Assembly: GCF_009914755.1 (NCBI RefSeq)
Contig: NC_060926.1
Length of the DNA: 64,000 nt
Direction: 5' to 3' (one strand)
Source: the human T2T-CHM13v2.0 reference genome, Homo sapiens
Shown: one piece after another, positions 44,606 through 60,798 of the stretch
How positions within the stretch are numbered: position 1 is the stretch's first letter
How the letters are laid out: each line of letters begins with the position of its first letter
The notes under the pieces: generated by a model
The model's input: the letters and a program-made list of their open reading frames with translations, nothing else
Databases searched by the model: none
What the model was told of the DNA's origin: nothing
Program-made: the position numbers and the translations under genes

Positions 44606-45030
44606 TGATGGCTGAGGGAGGGCAGCCTGCTTTTATTCCCTCATCTGGCCCCACCCACGTCCTGCTGATTGGTCCATTTTACAGAGGGCTGACTGGTCTG
44701 TTTTACAGAAAGCTGATTGGTCCGTTTTGACAGGGTGCTGTTTGGTGCGTTTACAGTCCCTGAGCTAGACACAAAAGTTCTCCAAATCCACCCTAGATTA
44801 GCTAGACACAGAGCACTGATTGGTGCATTTACAAACCTTGAGCTAGACACAGGGTGCTGATTGGTGTGTTTACAAACATTGAGCTAGACACAGAGTGCTG
44901 ATTGGTGTATTTACAATACCTTAGCTAGATATAAAGATTGTCCAAGTCCCCACCAGATTAGATAGATATAGAGTGCTGATTGGTGCATCCACAAACCTTG
45001 AGCTAGATACAGAGTGCTGATTGGTGCATC
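44600..45030 (-). promoter_or_regulatory. LTR12 promoter: NF-Y CCAAT array plus TATA-like AATAAAA (44631-44637)
   Basis: ctgattggt at 44665, 44713, 44816, 44857, 44898, 44976 and 45017; established ERV9 LTR promoter architecture. Confidence 0.75.
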
Positions 45031-45734
45031 CACAATCCCTTAGCTAGACATAAAGGTTCTCCAAATCCCTACTAGACTCAGGAGTCCAGCTGGCTTCACC
45101 TAGTGGATCTCGCACAGGGGCCACAGGTGGAGCTGCCCACAGTCCGGCCCGTGCACCCGCACTCCACAGCCCTTGGGCAGTCGATGGGACCAGGGGCTGT
45201 GGAGCAGGGAGCAGTGCTCGTCTGGGAGGCTCGGGCCGCGTAGGAGCCCACGGCAGCAGGGAGGCTCAGGCATGGTGGGCTGCAGGTCCCGAGCCCTGCC
45301 CCGCGCGGAGGCAGCTGAGGCCCGACAAGAATTCCAGCGCAGCCCCGGCGGGCTGGCACTACTGGGGGACCTGGCACACCCTCCGCAGCTGCTGGCCCGG
45401 GTGCTAAGCCCCTCACTGCCCGGGGCCGGCAGCGCGGCCGACTGCTCCGAGTGCAGGGCCCACTGAGCCCACGCCCACCCAGAACTCACGCTGGCCCGCA
45501 AGTGCCAGCCGCAGCCCCAGTTCCCACCCACGCCTCTCCCTCCACACCTCCCCGCAAGCTCAGAGAGCCGGCTTCGGCCTTGGCCAGCCCAGAGAGGGGC
45601 TCCCACAGTGCAGTGGTGGGCTGAAGGGCCCCTCAAGTGCAGCCAGAGTGGGCGCCAAGGCCCAGGAGGCACCGCAAGCGAGGGGTGCAAGGGCTGCCAG
45701 CACACTGCCACCTCTCGCCTTCACAGCTCACTGC

Positions 45735-45797
45735 AGCCTCAGCCTCCCGGGCTCAAGCCTCAGCCTCCCGGGCTCAAGCCTCAACCTCCTGAGCTCA
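45735..45797 (+). repeat. 3 x 21-nt tandem repeat inside the Alu
   Basis: agcctcagcctcccgggctca twice (identical) plus agcctcaacctcctgagctca. Confidence 0.92.
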
Positions 45798-46439
45798 AGC
45801 AATCCTGTCACCTCAGCCTGCCAAGTAGCTGGAGCTACAGGCAGGCACCACTACGCTCAGTTAATTTTTGTATTTTTTGTAGAGACACGGTTTCACCATG
45901 TTGCCCAGGCTTGTCGCAAATTCCTGAGCTCAAGCAATCTGCCCGCTTTGGCCTGCCAAAATGCTGGGATTACAGGCATAAGCCGCCATGCCAAGCTTTT
46001 TTTTTTTTTTTAAGTTTGTTCTGGTGATATTTTATCTTCTCCTTACCTGAGGAAGAAGAATGCTCAGTAATTATTTCACTATGCTTACTAATTGTTTCAC
46101 TAATAATTCACTTAGTAATTATTTTAGATTTGCTCCAAAATAAAAGTAAGATAAGTATCTTTAAAAGAATAAAGTGTATCTATGTAAAGTGCTCCATTCA
46201 CCTGGCTTTTGTCATCATAACATAGCTGTTATTATGGTATTTGCTGTTGTTGTTGCTAGTATATTATTATATCTTAAAATTCAAAATAAAATGGTCAGGC
46301 CTGAGACAGAAATAGTAAGGCTCTAAACCAGCTTTCACTAGCAAAATAAGCATTTTTGCTTTGCTCTTTTTGTTAATCATCTTTGTTCAAACCATTCTCC
46401 CCAACCCTTTTCTTTGTTTTGTTTTTAAATTGCCTTATG

Positions 46440-46519
46440 CGGAGCTTGCAGTGAGCTGAGATCATGCCACTGCACTCCACCCTGGGTGACAGAGCTGGAC
46501 TCCATCTCAAAAAAAAAAA
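46440..46519 (+). mobile_element. 5'-truncated Alu (AluY-like 3' end) with a perfect 13-bp TSD
   Basis: aaattgccttatg at 46427-46439 and 46520-46532; TTTT/AA endonuclease site. Confidence 0.92.
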
Positions 46520-46995
46520 AAATTGCCTTATGGGTAATAACTGTGTTTTTAGTGGATCAATATTAAAATTCCTTAAAATATTATAATCTAGTAAGCTTAC
46601 TCCCAAAATAAATATACCTATTGTCTTCAGGCTTTGGCTACTGTAAAAGGATTGTATGTCAGGGACTTAGTTGTACAAGTTTACATGTTCCTAAACATTA
46701 AACACTATGGTGACTTAGTAAATTGAATAAAATTCTGTAAATTTTTAATGGATCCCCAAGATTCCAATCTGATATTATTACATTATTACTTTTTAGTCAA
46801 GTTAAAAAAAAAAAAAAAGTGTGTGTGTGAGTGTGAAAACAAAAGTCTGGAAGGATACACAATAGAATATTAATTTTGTTTATCTCTGGGTGGTGAGAGA
46901 GCAGCTGTGTATTTTTTCTTGTTTTGCCTATTTGTCTAATATGTCAAAAATGAGCATGAATTGCTTGTCTTTTTTCAGTTAAAAAATGTATTTCT

Positions 46996-47145
46996 GGCTG
47001 GATGTGGTGGCTCACACCTGTAATCCCAACACTTTCGGAGGCTGAGACAGGAGGATCACTTTAGGCCAAGAATTCCAGACCAGCCTAGGCAATGTAATGA
47101 GACCCTATCTCTACAAAAAAATAAAAATAAAAAAATAAAAAAATT
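46996..47145 (+). mobile_element. Monomeric Alu (FLAM-like)
   Basis: Single arm, A tail, tatttctg flanking duplication. Confidence 0.85.
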
Positions 47146-47695
47146 AACTATATTTCTGTTAATATTATAATCTAATATATTTAGATAAACCTTCGAAAGA
47201 GAGCTTTCTACCTCCTTGGCCCAGTGGATTCTTTTGGTATCTCCTTACCCTCTGAAGGAATCACAACAGTTATCCATGAGAGTCTTTGTTGTCAGCACCC
47301 CTAATTCTAGCCAGGCATTTTCAAGGGGGTATCCAATAAGCCCTAGCACAAATCTGTACCACTGCTAGTAAAAAAACCCTCTGAGTTTTTGTTCTATCAG
47401 ATGTGAGCTGACAATTTCATCTTTGAGATTAAGGCAACCCTACATTTTAACACATCACTTAGGAGCTGTATGGAGTAGGACATACTTTCCCAATCTATGA
47501 AATGGGGACAAGGATATTTACTTCACAGGAGAGTTATGAGTGTTAGGGACAATGAGTGTAAAACTCTGAACAAAGTGTCTCGCAAGTGTGAGCTTTCAAC
47601 CCACAGAAGCCACTCTAATAATTCTTTTCTGTGGGTCAAACAGCAAGAGGTTCTTGCCCATTCCCCCACCTGAGACGTTAAATGTTAACATCTCA

Positions 47696-48186
<491 letters not shown>

Positions 48187-49508
48187 TTATAGTCATTTAG
48201 CAGCTGATTAAACGACTACCAAATCATAAATATTACTGCTAATTCCTGAATAATTTAGCTTCTGTCCTGCTTACACTTCTAATTTATAAACCACCCATAT
48301 TCTTAAAGACCTTTTCCCTCTCTAAATAATTAAGTCAATAAAATACTCCTTGGGCAGTGTTCATTTTGAGACTCTTCAAGACACCTGCTTTTCTTCTTCT
48401 CTTTTTTTTTTTTTTTTTTTTTGTTTACAATTGTCTTCTAAGTCCATATCTAAAACTCTTTGGGCTAGAGCCCAAGGTCTCTCAAATCAGCCTGCTCCAA
48501 CTCACCACTTTAACCCTACTATGTTTTGGTTTCCTCAACAGTATAAGATAATAATAGTACCTATCCTATCTCATGAGGTAAATTTCTTAGACCAGTGAAA
48601 GCTCATCATACAGTAAGTGGCTATTATTATTATTATAAAAGTGAAATATACTCCACTTAACATTTGCAACTCCATCAGTCCATCAGAATGACAAACTGCC
48701 TACATGAGTGATTCTGTTTCATGACACCCATTGTTAGAAAATCACTACGTATGCATGCCAATGTCATAGGCAAGAGAACAGGCCATACATAGACAATCTC
48801 TAAGGTGATTTCTGCATGACCGTCGTTACTGGAAGTTGAGTGGCAGAACATTATTCTGTCTCATAGAGAAACTTGGTTTGGGGGTTTCCCATAAACTAGA
48901 GTAGTAACTAGTTGATTCCATACCCAATCGAGTTTCAGTCCTCTCAGATGTGTTTGAATGCAGAGTCCCTTATTATTTTTTAATCTTGGGTTTCTTCTTC
49001 TTTATTCCAGCCACCCCCAGTAGATGTCCCCACGTATAGGGAAGTACTTGAGGAAGACCAACAGAAGCCATCTCTGCAGGGGACACATCAAAATGATTCT
49101 CTGTCCATTAGCTAGAAACTTGCTGAGCTGATTGAACCCCACAAAGTTTTCAGATCATTGTTCCTCCCCTTCCTCCTGTGTGCAGTCACTCAAAACAAGG
49201 ACCTCTGTGTGCACTGGCATTCAGTGACAGTTTTGTTATCAGGTTCAAGCAGTACTGCTGAGGATCAAAACTTTACCTTAATTTAAGCTCATGTTTTCCA
49301 CAAACCCAACTCCAAAGTATCCTGGTAACATGCTTCAAAGATACTCCATCGAATTTTTACTTCCACAGCAATATGCCTTATGACCTAATTACCATTATTA
49401 TTCTGATCCAAAATAAGACAAATTGCTTTATTTGGTAATAGAGAGGGAAAAAAATCTGAGCTAGAAAGACCTCCTGACATGTCATAGCAATAAATTGAAA
49501 GAAAATAG

Positions 49509-49882
<374 letters not shown>

Positions 49883-50414
49883 CTAATTTTTTATTATAAT
49901 AAACTTCTAGAGCTCCAAGAATCACACCCTTGCTTGTGACAGGTTGGAGGTTATGTAGGAGGAGTTTTATATGTCTAAAGTTAATAACAGTCTGCAGAGA
50001 TTATATTTAACTATGTGTAAACATCTTGTGTGGAAAAACAGAATAGGCCTGATGTTAGACCCAGCTGGAAAGGACCAGAATGTTCTAACTGAAAACTGCA
50101 GGAACAGCCAAATGTCCATCTGCCTCTTCTTTAGGAGTTTACCAGCGTAGGCAACACCACCTGAATGACTTTCTGGGCTTTTCTGAGTATTCAGGCTCAC
50201 AAAGAGGTTGGTTTTTTTTTTTCTCAAAAATTCTGTTAAACTCATGGTCCAACGTTTATATCCTAACATTTTATTTTAATACAGAATACGTAATCAAGCG
50301 TTAAAATAGTTGGCTTCTGTAGATTGGTCTTTTCTCACTACACAGTATCTCTCTCTTCAGCAGAGTCATTGATAATATCCTTTGAATATCCAATAACGCC
50401 ACAAAAATCATAGG

Positions 50415-51003
<589 letters not shown>

Positions 51004-51521
51004 GCACAGAGCCCCTGACGCTATCGACATGACTGAAGTGATGATGATTCAGGATAAAACCATGAATGCCACACTCAGTTCAGCCCACTCTTTTCTCACT
51101 ACCACATATCAAAATGCAAACAAAACATGTGCTTAATCATGTAAAATACATTTAAGCATTTTGATACATTGATTGCATTATTCTAGGATGTTAGAGAGAT
51201 TTCTTAGCCAGGTGACCTGGTTTCCATTCCTAGCTCTGAAAATTATCTGTGTGACCTTGGGCAGATGACTTACCCTCTCTGTGTTACAGTTATTAGTCTA
51301 TTTAGTCATTTAACAAATCTTTCATTATGGTTTCATTTGCAAAGAGTATGGTGCTAGAAATGGATACAGAAGTGATCAAGATTTCCCTACATCTGTCTTC
51401 CAACTCTTCTATTGCAGTTTTCATTTCCACAATTTTATTTTTTATTTTGAAAAGCTTTTCTTTTGTTGTTTTCTGAATAGTCCTTCTTTAATATTCTTGT
51501 TTAATATAATCTTATCTCTGA

Positions 51522-52279
<758 letters not shown>

Positions 52280-53049
52280 TTTTTTTTTTTTCCCCCTCTG
52301 GAGTCTCTGTTTTCTCCAAGTTGCTTTTTCTCCATTTTTTTGTGGGTTTTTTTTCTGTTTTTGTTTTTTATATTCCATGCAATCCTCCAATGTCATCTTT
52401 TAGACTGAGGAAGAGAAGCTGATGGAAGCTCATAACATATGAATGTGGCTTATCAATTTTTATCTCACCACAGAGCAGTGGCTTTCAAAACGTTTTGATC
52501 AAGTCAACAGTAAGAAATGTATTTTACATGATAACCCTGGGTATGTGAATGTGTGTGCGTGCATCTTAGAAAAGGTTCACCATACTTTTTTCACAATACT
52601 TCAATACTTCCCTTTATTATTGTGATATAATCTGATACTTTTTTCCTATTGTATGGACACAATATACTAAATTTATTTCATGACTCAGTAATGTGTGGTC
52701 ACCTCTAGAGAGAGGGCCTGTTTTCCTGAGGAATCGCAGATCAGATCTCTCTGTTGGAATTATCAGAGAAGTACCCAAAAGATACTTTTCCCTTTTTCCT
52801 GCCTGGAAAATACTTGCCTGGTGGCTAGAAGTCTGGAAGCCAAACTGGGTAGAAGCTGGAGCTTTGATATTTGAAAAGTGAACTGTCATTAATCACCTCT
52901 TTTCAAGTGTCAAGTCCCTCACTTCAGAGACCCTTATCTTATCTTGTAAAGATGACAGACCTCTAGTCTTGTGATTGAGGGGCAGCCACTCAGCAGCTGC
53001 AGAGCAGGAGGGACTTGGGGCTCCACCTCCTCCTTAAAACTAATTTCAG

Positions 53050-53448
<399 letters not shown>

Positions 53449-54008
53449 TTTTACAGTTTCACCAATGCACCACAATGTAGTAGTCTCTCGTTGTGAGGTA
53501 TCACTCGAGTTTTTTCTCTCATGACCAAGAAATTTAAGAAGCGTGGTCACAAAGGATGAGGTTGGAGTGAACGTTTAATAAGCAAAAAAAGAAAGCTCTC
53601 TGCCATGGAGGGGGGTCCAGAAGAGGATAGCCATTTTAACAGTTGAATGTAAAGGCTTTTATAAGAAACTGATGAGGCCTTGGCATCTCATTTGCATAAG
53701 GCACAAACTTCTGCTAGCTCCACCCTATCCTCCTAGTGCGCATGTAGGTCCTTAGCTTGAGTCACTCCATATTGCTTTGTTCCCCTTACCGTGCATGTGT
53801 CAGGGGACAGAATTTTCCATTGCAGGCGTGTCCAGGCAAGTCACCTGTGTAGGCTTTCTTATCTGTGTGGCTGTGGGCATATCTTAGGCAAGCCCTCCTA
53901 TGCAGGTTCCCTTATCTGTGCTTGCAGGTTGTTCTTCTGTTTGAAATAATTCAACTGAGGACCCAGCTAACTGCCTGCCTAATCAGTTTCTTCCTTTCTA
54001 CTCTTTCA
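53449..54008 (-). mobile_element. 3' LTR (MER61-like)
   Basis: Minus strand begins tgaaagagtagaaaggaagaaactg, preceded by polypurine tract GGGGGGAGGAAA. Confidence 0.9.
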
Positions 54009-56189
54009 TTTCCTCCCCCCACCCTCAGGAGTGGAGACCCTAAGTGCTGTTAGGGAGATGGGGCAATGAGCCTTGCGGCTACTTGCTGCTACAGAGTAGC
54101 TTTGTGTGGGGAACAGCAGCTACGATTCCTCCTAGGGCTGGTCTGAGAGTCCTTGGAAGAAAGGCGTGTCCATGTGTGATTTCATTTGCATTACCATTTG
54201 GAGCTTGATAGCCTTTAGGTAAGAAGAAACAATTTAGGTTATTACAGGACATGTATTAAAATGAAACAAGTGGGGGCGAGGTAAGAACAGCTTAAAAATC
54301 CCAAGGCTGCCAACACGCCCAGATAAGTAGTGGCTATAGTTATGCTTCTAAGATTTAGGTGAATGGGGCTCGGCTTTGGTTAACTTCCTTAGTTTTATTT
54401 TCCCAAACAAAGAAATCTCTGAGTAATGGACACCCTATTTACTCCCATCACCATGCAGGATTTGCACGATAATTAACCAGAACTAAAATATCGATCCAGA
54501 TTTTTACATTAACCATCCCTTTTTGTTTCTTCTGAGATGCTGGTTGGTTTACATGAATAAGCAGGCTTAGTCTAAAATGTAGGCAAGAACTTCAAAGCAA
54601 CTAATGAAATTAGAATTTAATGACAAACATGTAAGAAGTTTTGAAACATAATTTTTCTCTTTCCAGTCCTCATTTTTGTTAAAAACAAATCATGATAGAA
54701 ACTTTACTTTTATACTTGGTCTAATTATTTACATAAGGTGCAATAAGAATAATTATTTTTACATAGGCTTTTTAAATTGGCTTTGATGAGGCTTGTGGAA
54801 CTTCAGACAGGACCTTTTAACACCAAGCCTAGCCATGCGTTTGTACCCTCAAATACCTATGAGTTAGGTGAATTCTTCTCTTCTTAAGGTCCCAAGAATA
54901 TGGGGTTCCTGGGCCTGTTAGACAGTGACATTCTTTACTCACCACAGGTTAGGAACCCTGTACAGGGACTGTATAGACAAGGTATGAAGCCAGTTTCCCC
55001 AAGGGGCTTTTATTGGCTCTGTACGCCAAGCTTGATTCCTCAAAGGGAAGCATATCCTTCCAGTCAAAGCCTTAGTAAAACAACTAGTTTCTGCAATTGT
55101 GTCCTGTTGTAAAAGAAAATAGATCGTTATTGCACAGAGGCAAACAACTATACTGCCATAAGTTAAGAATACTCCCAGCTTCCAAATTCTGGAGAAGCCA
55201 GGCAGAAAGAAGCAAGCATGCTCCAAATTTTGTTTACAGGAGTATGCCTTATGTAATTACGAAAGGCTGTAAATAGCTTAAGATAAGTTTCCTTGATTCT
55301 GAAAAAAAAAACAAGGATCAGCAACATTTTGAGCAAAAACTTTAAAAAGCCTGTTTTTTTAACTGTTGTTTTGCTCGATATTCATGAACATTTCAGCTCT
55401 TCATGGGTCCTGAGCACTTTTCCTTTATTCCAATGTCATAATCTACAAACTGATTAGAAACTTGCATTTGAGGGCACCTGTCAAAGTCCTATAGCTGATT
55501 ATGAACCAATCTTTGAAGAGGATTAAAGTAAGATAACAATTATCTGTGAATGATGAAATGTCCAGGGTAGTTACAGTCAAGAACACAATTGACAAAGAAA
55601 TTTGGTTATTTCTGTGGTTTACAATAACTTAACATAAAAATCTTAATTATGATTGATGGTATACACTCAGACATTAGAATTTTTGAAATCCTGTACAATT
55701 TTTGAGTGTATATTAATATTATTCACTAAAATATAACCTGAAGAAGATTAAACATCATTTTGGAAACCCCACATACCTAAACATGTTAGATAACCCTGCT
55801 TACCTCTCTTCTGGATGCTTCAGGGGCCCTCTGTAGCATCCAAAAGCTAGGCGTCAGGAAAGACAATTCTGAAACTGAAATTCAAAATTGACAAAATTCC
55901 CAAAACTGATTTTGAGAAGCCTCTTAAATAGGTTAGAGATTTAAAACACTTGATGTTATGAAATAGAATTCCAGATTACTATAAGTTATTTATTTGCCAA
56001 AATAATGACTCAAAAATTTTAAAAGGCAAAAACGTTTCACTAGCCTTTACTATTACATGAAAATCCTGTTCAAAGCCAAATTTCACCCTTGCATTAGTTT
56101 ATTAATGTTAACCCCATTTTTTAAATGAAAACTTACAGACAAGTTCATCTAATCTTAATCAGTTTAACCATGAGGTGAGACTCTTATAA

Positions 56190-57178
<989 letters not shown>

Positions 57179-58093
57179 ACCTTGTTGGGCTTTTATTTCA
57201 ATGCTTAATTTACACAAAAATTTAATAATACCCTTTTAACTTTAGCTGATGTCCACATAGAATTTCTACAGTATCTCCACAACTTGTTTAAACCTTCAGC
57301 TTTATATTATCTGATTCAAAACAATCCCTTAACCCTAGGCAAATATATATTTCCATGCCTTCTTATAATCTTTTACTAAAAACACATTTTACTATTTTTA
57401 CACATCTTGCATGTAAATCTATTTTCAGTAGTCTCAATTACACGTTATAATGGTAACTCTTAGCAATTTTAAATTTTAATGTGAAACCTGGTAAATTATT
57501 TTAGTGATGTACTAGGCACAGATAGAATCTGAACCTAGTATCTGACTTGCATAATTTAGACCATCTATTTACATTTTGAACACATTTGTATTTTGCCAAT
57601 AATCCTTAAGACTGTTTTTGTTTCTCAAAGATTAAAGTTCTGTGAACCAAGAAGCATTACAGCTTTTACTTTTTATTTAAAAAAAAATTTGAACTAAGCA
57701 CTTATTTTTCTTTAAGCCAATTAATTACAGCTCTTTTTGTAGACATCACATGCAACACATATATAACTACACCAAAAAACACAAGCAGATCTAGTAGTTA
57801 TAAGATATTCATTTGCCAATTTTTAAATTGGATTATTGGCCTCCGGGTGGCCCCCTTTAAGAGCAGGGCTAGGAAAACATGCAGTTTTTAGGGCCTAATA
57901 AACAGGCATAGCTGGAGGACAGAAACAGATTTTGAGAGGGATCTATTTGCCTCTAATTCCTGGGGCTCCAGGAGGAAAACAAAGGTTTCTCCCAAAATGG
58001 AATCTATGGCACCTTTTCTGTTTTTCCCAAGGAGTCCCAGGCCACCAGAAGTTATCTTGGGGCCTCTGAGGTGTGCATTAAGAGTGGTAAGAA

Positions 58094-58411
58094 GCTGGTT
58101 GCAGTGGCTCATGCCTGTAATACCAGCACCTTGGGAGGCCGAGGTGGGCAGATCACCTGAGGTCAGGGGTTCAAGACCAGCCTGGCCAACATGGTAAAAC
58201 CTCATCTCTACTAAAAATACAAAAATCAGCTGGGTGTGGTGGTGAGTGCCTGTAATCCCAGCTACTCAGGAGGCTGAGGCAGGAGAATTGCTTGAACCAG
58301 GGAAGCGGAGGTTGCAGTGAGCTGAGATCATGCTACTGCACTGCAGCCTAGGTGACAGAGTGAGACTGTATCTCAAAAAACAAACAAACAAAACAAACAA
58401 ACAAAAAAAAA
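58094..58411 (+). mobile_element. Alu (AluS-like) inside the provirus
   Basis: Full dimer with a (CAAA)n tail; agtgg(t/c)aaga flanking duplication. Confidence 0.92.
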
Positions 58412-59058
58412 CAGTGGCAAGACAAAATGGAGAAAAAGAATTCAGGTGACTGAAAAAAACCCTTTTCCAGAAAAACAAGATCCAAGAAGAGAAAAACAAA
58501 GGCCTTTTAAATATACGTGTAACTTAGATATCCACTTTTAATTAAACTGAGCACGCTTTAAGAAAATCCTTTTAAATCCCTTGTTATCCAACTTTAGCCA
58601 CACCAAGTGGTTAGTATTTCTGGCTTTTGAGCTTTACCAGAAGTAACCTCACAGGTGAAAACCACAAGCCTCAATAAAGATTATGATTTAACCACAAGTG
58701 TATGAGGTGTTTTCAAAGTGGGGTAAGCAGTTCTTACAAAATATAGAACCTTTAAAGATAACTCAGGGAAATGAAGATTTAAGAAAAAAGGTAAATGTTG
58801 TTCATAGAGGAGAAGAGAATCAGGAAATGGCAAAAGTCACACAGATATTAACCCAAAAGTGCTCATTCCTCAAGTCAGGATTGAACTCAGGCCACCATTG
58901 TAAAACAGCAGAGGCCAAAACAAAGTACCACCACATCGCAAGGTCACGGTCCCAAGGACATAAAACAAGATGGAGGCCTGCAGCAAAATTTGTTACTGAC
59001 CAACTTACCAGGCTGGCTGGAACAGCAGGCTTATGGAGTCCCAGGCCTGCATTCCATT

Positions 59059-59827
59059 TCAAGGTATCCCTCTCTCTGCCTTTTTCTTGTGTTTCCTCTC
59101 CTTTTCCTGGGCCTCCTCTTGGTCCCTATTATAAAAGACCAAGGTGGGTACTCTTAGGAGGTTTTCTGTGGTGCTATGTGATCCAATAGCCTGTTTCTGC
59201 AGCTTCCTTCTGATACCAGGGGCCACCTGAGTAAATCTGTCTTTCAAGATTTGCTGTCCCTCAATTGAATTAGGAGATAGGTGTGTTTTACCAAGGCTTC
59301 TCTCAGCCTTTCTAAAAATGCTGAGGGATTTTCATCTAGCTTTTGATCTATCATAGATAGCTTAGAGTAGTTGAGGGGTTTGGCTCTGGTCCTCTGTAAG
59401 CCCTCTAATATACGCATCTGAAAGTGTTTTCTTTTCCACTCATCTATGGGATCACTAGTGTTCCAATTAGAGGTTTCAAGGGGCACTGCCTCTCTTCCTA
59501 CTGAGAATGGGGATTTTGCGTCTTTCTCACTCTCTTTCCCCTTTTGACTGGCTTTCTTTCTTGAATGGCTAGAGGAAATATGTTATTCATCTCCAAATTT
59601 CTCTGCTACCTGTAGGGCTGCGTGTTTCTCAGCAGCAGTTAGAGTTTGATTTAAGAGTAACATAACGTCCTTCCAGGAGAGTTTAAATAGTTGGGTTAAA
59701 TAGTTGGAAGATCTCTATATATGAGTTAGGGCTTGCCCAAAGCGAACTTCAGGATCTGAGGTTACACCAGGTTACATCCAGGCTATGCTCAAGGGGAGTG
59801 CAGGCTTGAAGATGGGTTGTTGCCCAT
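59059..59827 (-). pseudogene. Disrupted, internally deleted retroviral gag
   Basis: ATG GGC AAC (MGN) at 59827; Q.LDENPSAFLERLREAL (major homology region-like) and IRRKLQK...VFYNRDQEE segments lie in different frames. Confidence 0.85.
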
Positions 59828-59846
59828 CTAGAAAAGAGAGAAGGAA

Positions 59847-60798
59847 CTTCTCCAAGAAAACACCAAATGGCAGATGATGCTGGTGCAGGAGTAGGGGGCC
59901 GGAGGCCCCGGGGGCCTAGGATGGGGAACCGTGGTGGCTTCCACAGAGGCTTTGGTAGTGGCATCCGGCACCAGGGTTGTGGCTGTGGACAGGGCCAGGG
60001 CCAAGGCCGTGGAGTTCGTGGAGGCAAGGCCGAGTATAAGGAGTGGATGACCGTCACCAAGCTGGGCCACCTGGTCAAGGACATCAAGATCAAGTCCCTG
60101 GAGGAGATCTATCTCTTCTCCCTGCCCATCAAGGAATCTGAGATCATTTGACTTTTTCAAAACCTCGTCCTCTCTCAAGGACGAGGTTTTGAAAATTATG
60201 CTGGTGCAGAAGCAGACCCATACCAGCCAGTGTACCAGGTTCAAGGCATTTGTTGCCACTGGGGACTACAATGGCCACATCAGTCTGGGTATTAAGTGCT
60301 CCAAGGAGGTGGCCACTGCCATCTGTGGGGCTATCATCCTGGCCAAGCTCTCCATTGTCCCTGCGTGCAGAGGCTACTGGGGGAACAAAATCAGCAAGCC
60401 CCACACCATCCCTTGCAAGGTGGCAGGCTGCTGTGGCTCTGTGCTGGTGTGCCTCATTTCTGTGCCCAGGGGCACTGGCATTGTCTTGGCCCCTGTGCCC
60501 AAGAAGCTACTCATGATGACTGGTATCAATGACTGCTACACCTCAGCCAGGGGCTGCACTGCCACCCTGGGCAACTTTGCCAAGGCCACCTTTGATGCCA
60601 TCTCTAAGACCTACAGCTACCTGACCCCCGACCCTGGAAGGAGACTGTATTAACCAAGTCTCCCTATCAGGAATTCACTGACCACTCCATCAAGACCCAC
60701 ACCAGAGTCTCCATGCAGAGGACTCAGGCTCCAGCTATGGCTACAACATAGGGTTTTTATACAAGAAAAATAAAGTGAATTGAGCCTGAAAGAAAAAA
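59847..60798 (+). pseudogene. Processed pseudogene of ribosomal protein S2 (RPS2/uS5)
   Basis: Intronless; ATG 59867 MADDAGA...[36 protein letters not shown]; frameshift/stop near 60149 and another frameshift near 60633; parental stop TAG 60749-60751; AATAAA 60769; A tail; 16-bp TSD 59830-59845 / 60799-60814 (2 mismatches). Confidence 0.97.

Larger units (their letters stand above)
44298..45717 (-). mobile_element. Solo LTR12 (ERV9 LTR; LTR12C/D/E-like)
   Basis: Termini tgtgtccggaattggtggg and ctgccagcacactgccacctctcg; ~41-bp repeats with 7 intact ctgattggt (CCAAT) boxes; GC/CpG-rich U3; 4-bp TSD catt/cctt. Confidence 0.95.
44215..45995 (-). mobile_element. Alu (AluJ-like) split by the LTR12 insertion (pieces 44215-44297 and 45718-45995)
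   Basis: ...ctggagtgcaatgatgcatt | LTR12 | ccttcacagctcactgcagcc... rejoin into a continuous Alu. Confidence 0.9.

Noticed and set aside
44760-45060. Regularly spaced ~41-bp repeats superficially like a CRISPR array
   Set aside because: These are the known tandem CCAAT-containing enhancer repeats of LTR12; there are no unique spacers or cas genes, and the context is eukaryotic.
45096-46027. Several long overlapping ORFs (up to 203 aa) and a CpG-island-like stretch
   Set aside because: Explained by the GC-rich U3 of LTR12 and the adjacent Alu; not a gene promoter island or a CDS.
59847-60798. Idea that a ribosomal-protein (uS5) retrocopy near the ribosome-sensing kinase gene is a functional module
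   Set aside because: RPS2 pseudogenes are numerous and scattered; this copy has frameshifts and many substitutions, so the proximity is most likely coincidence.
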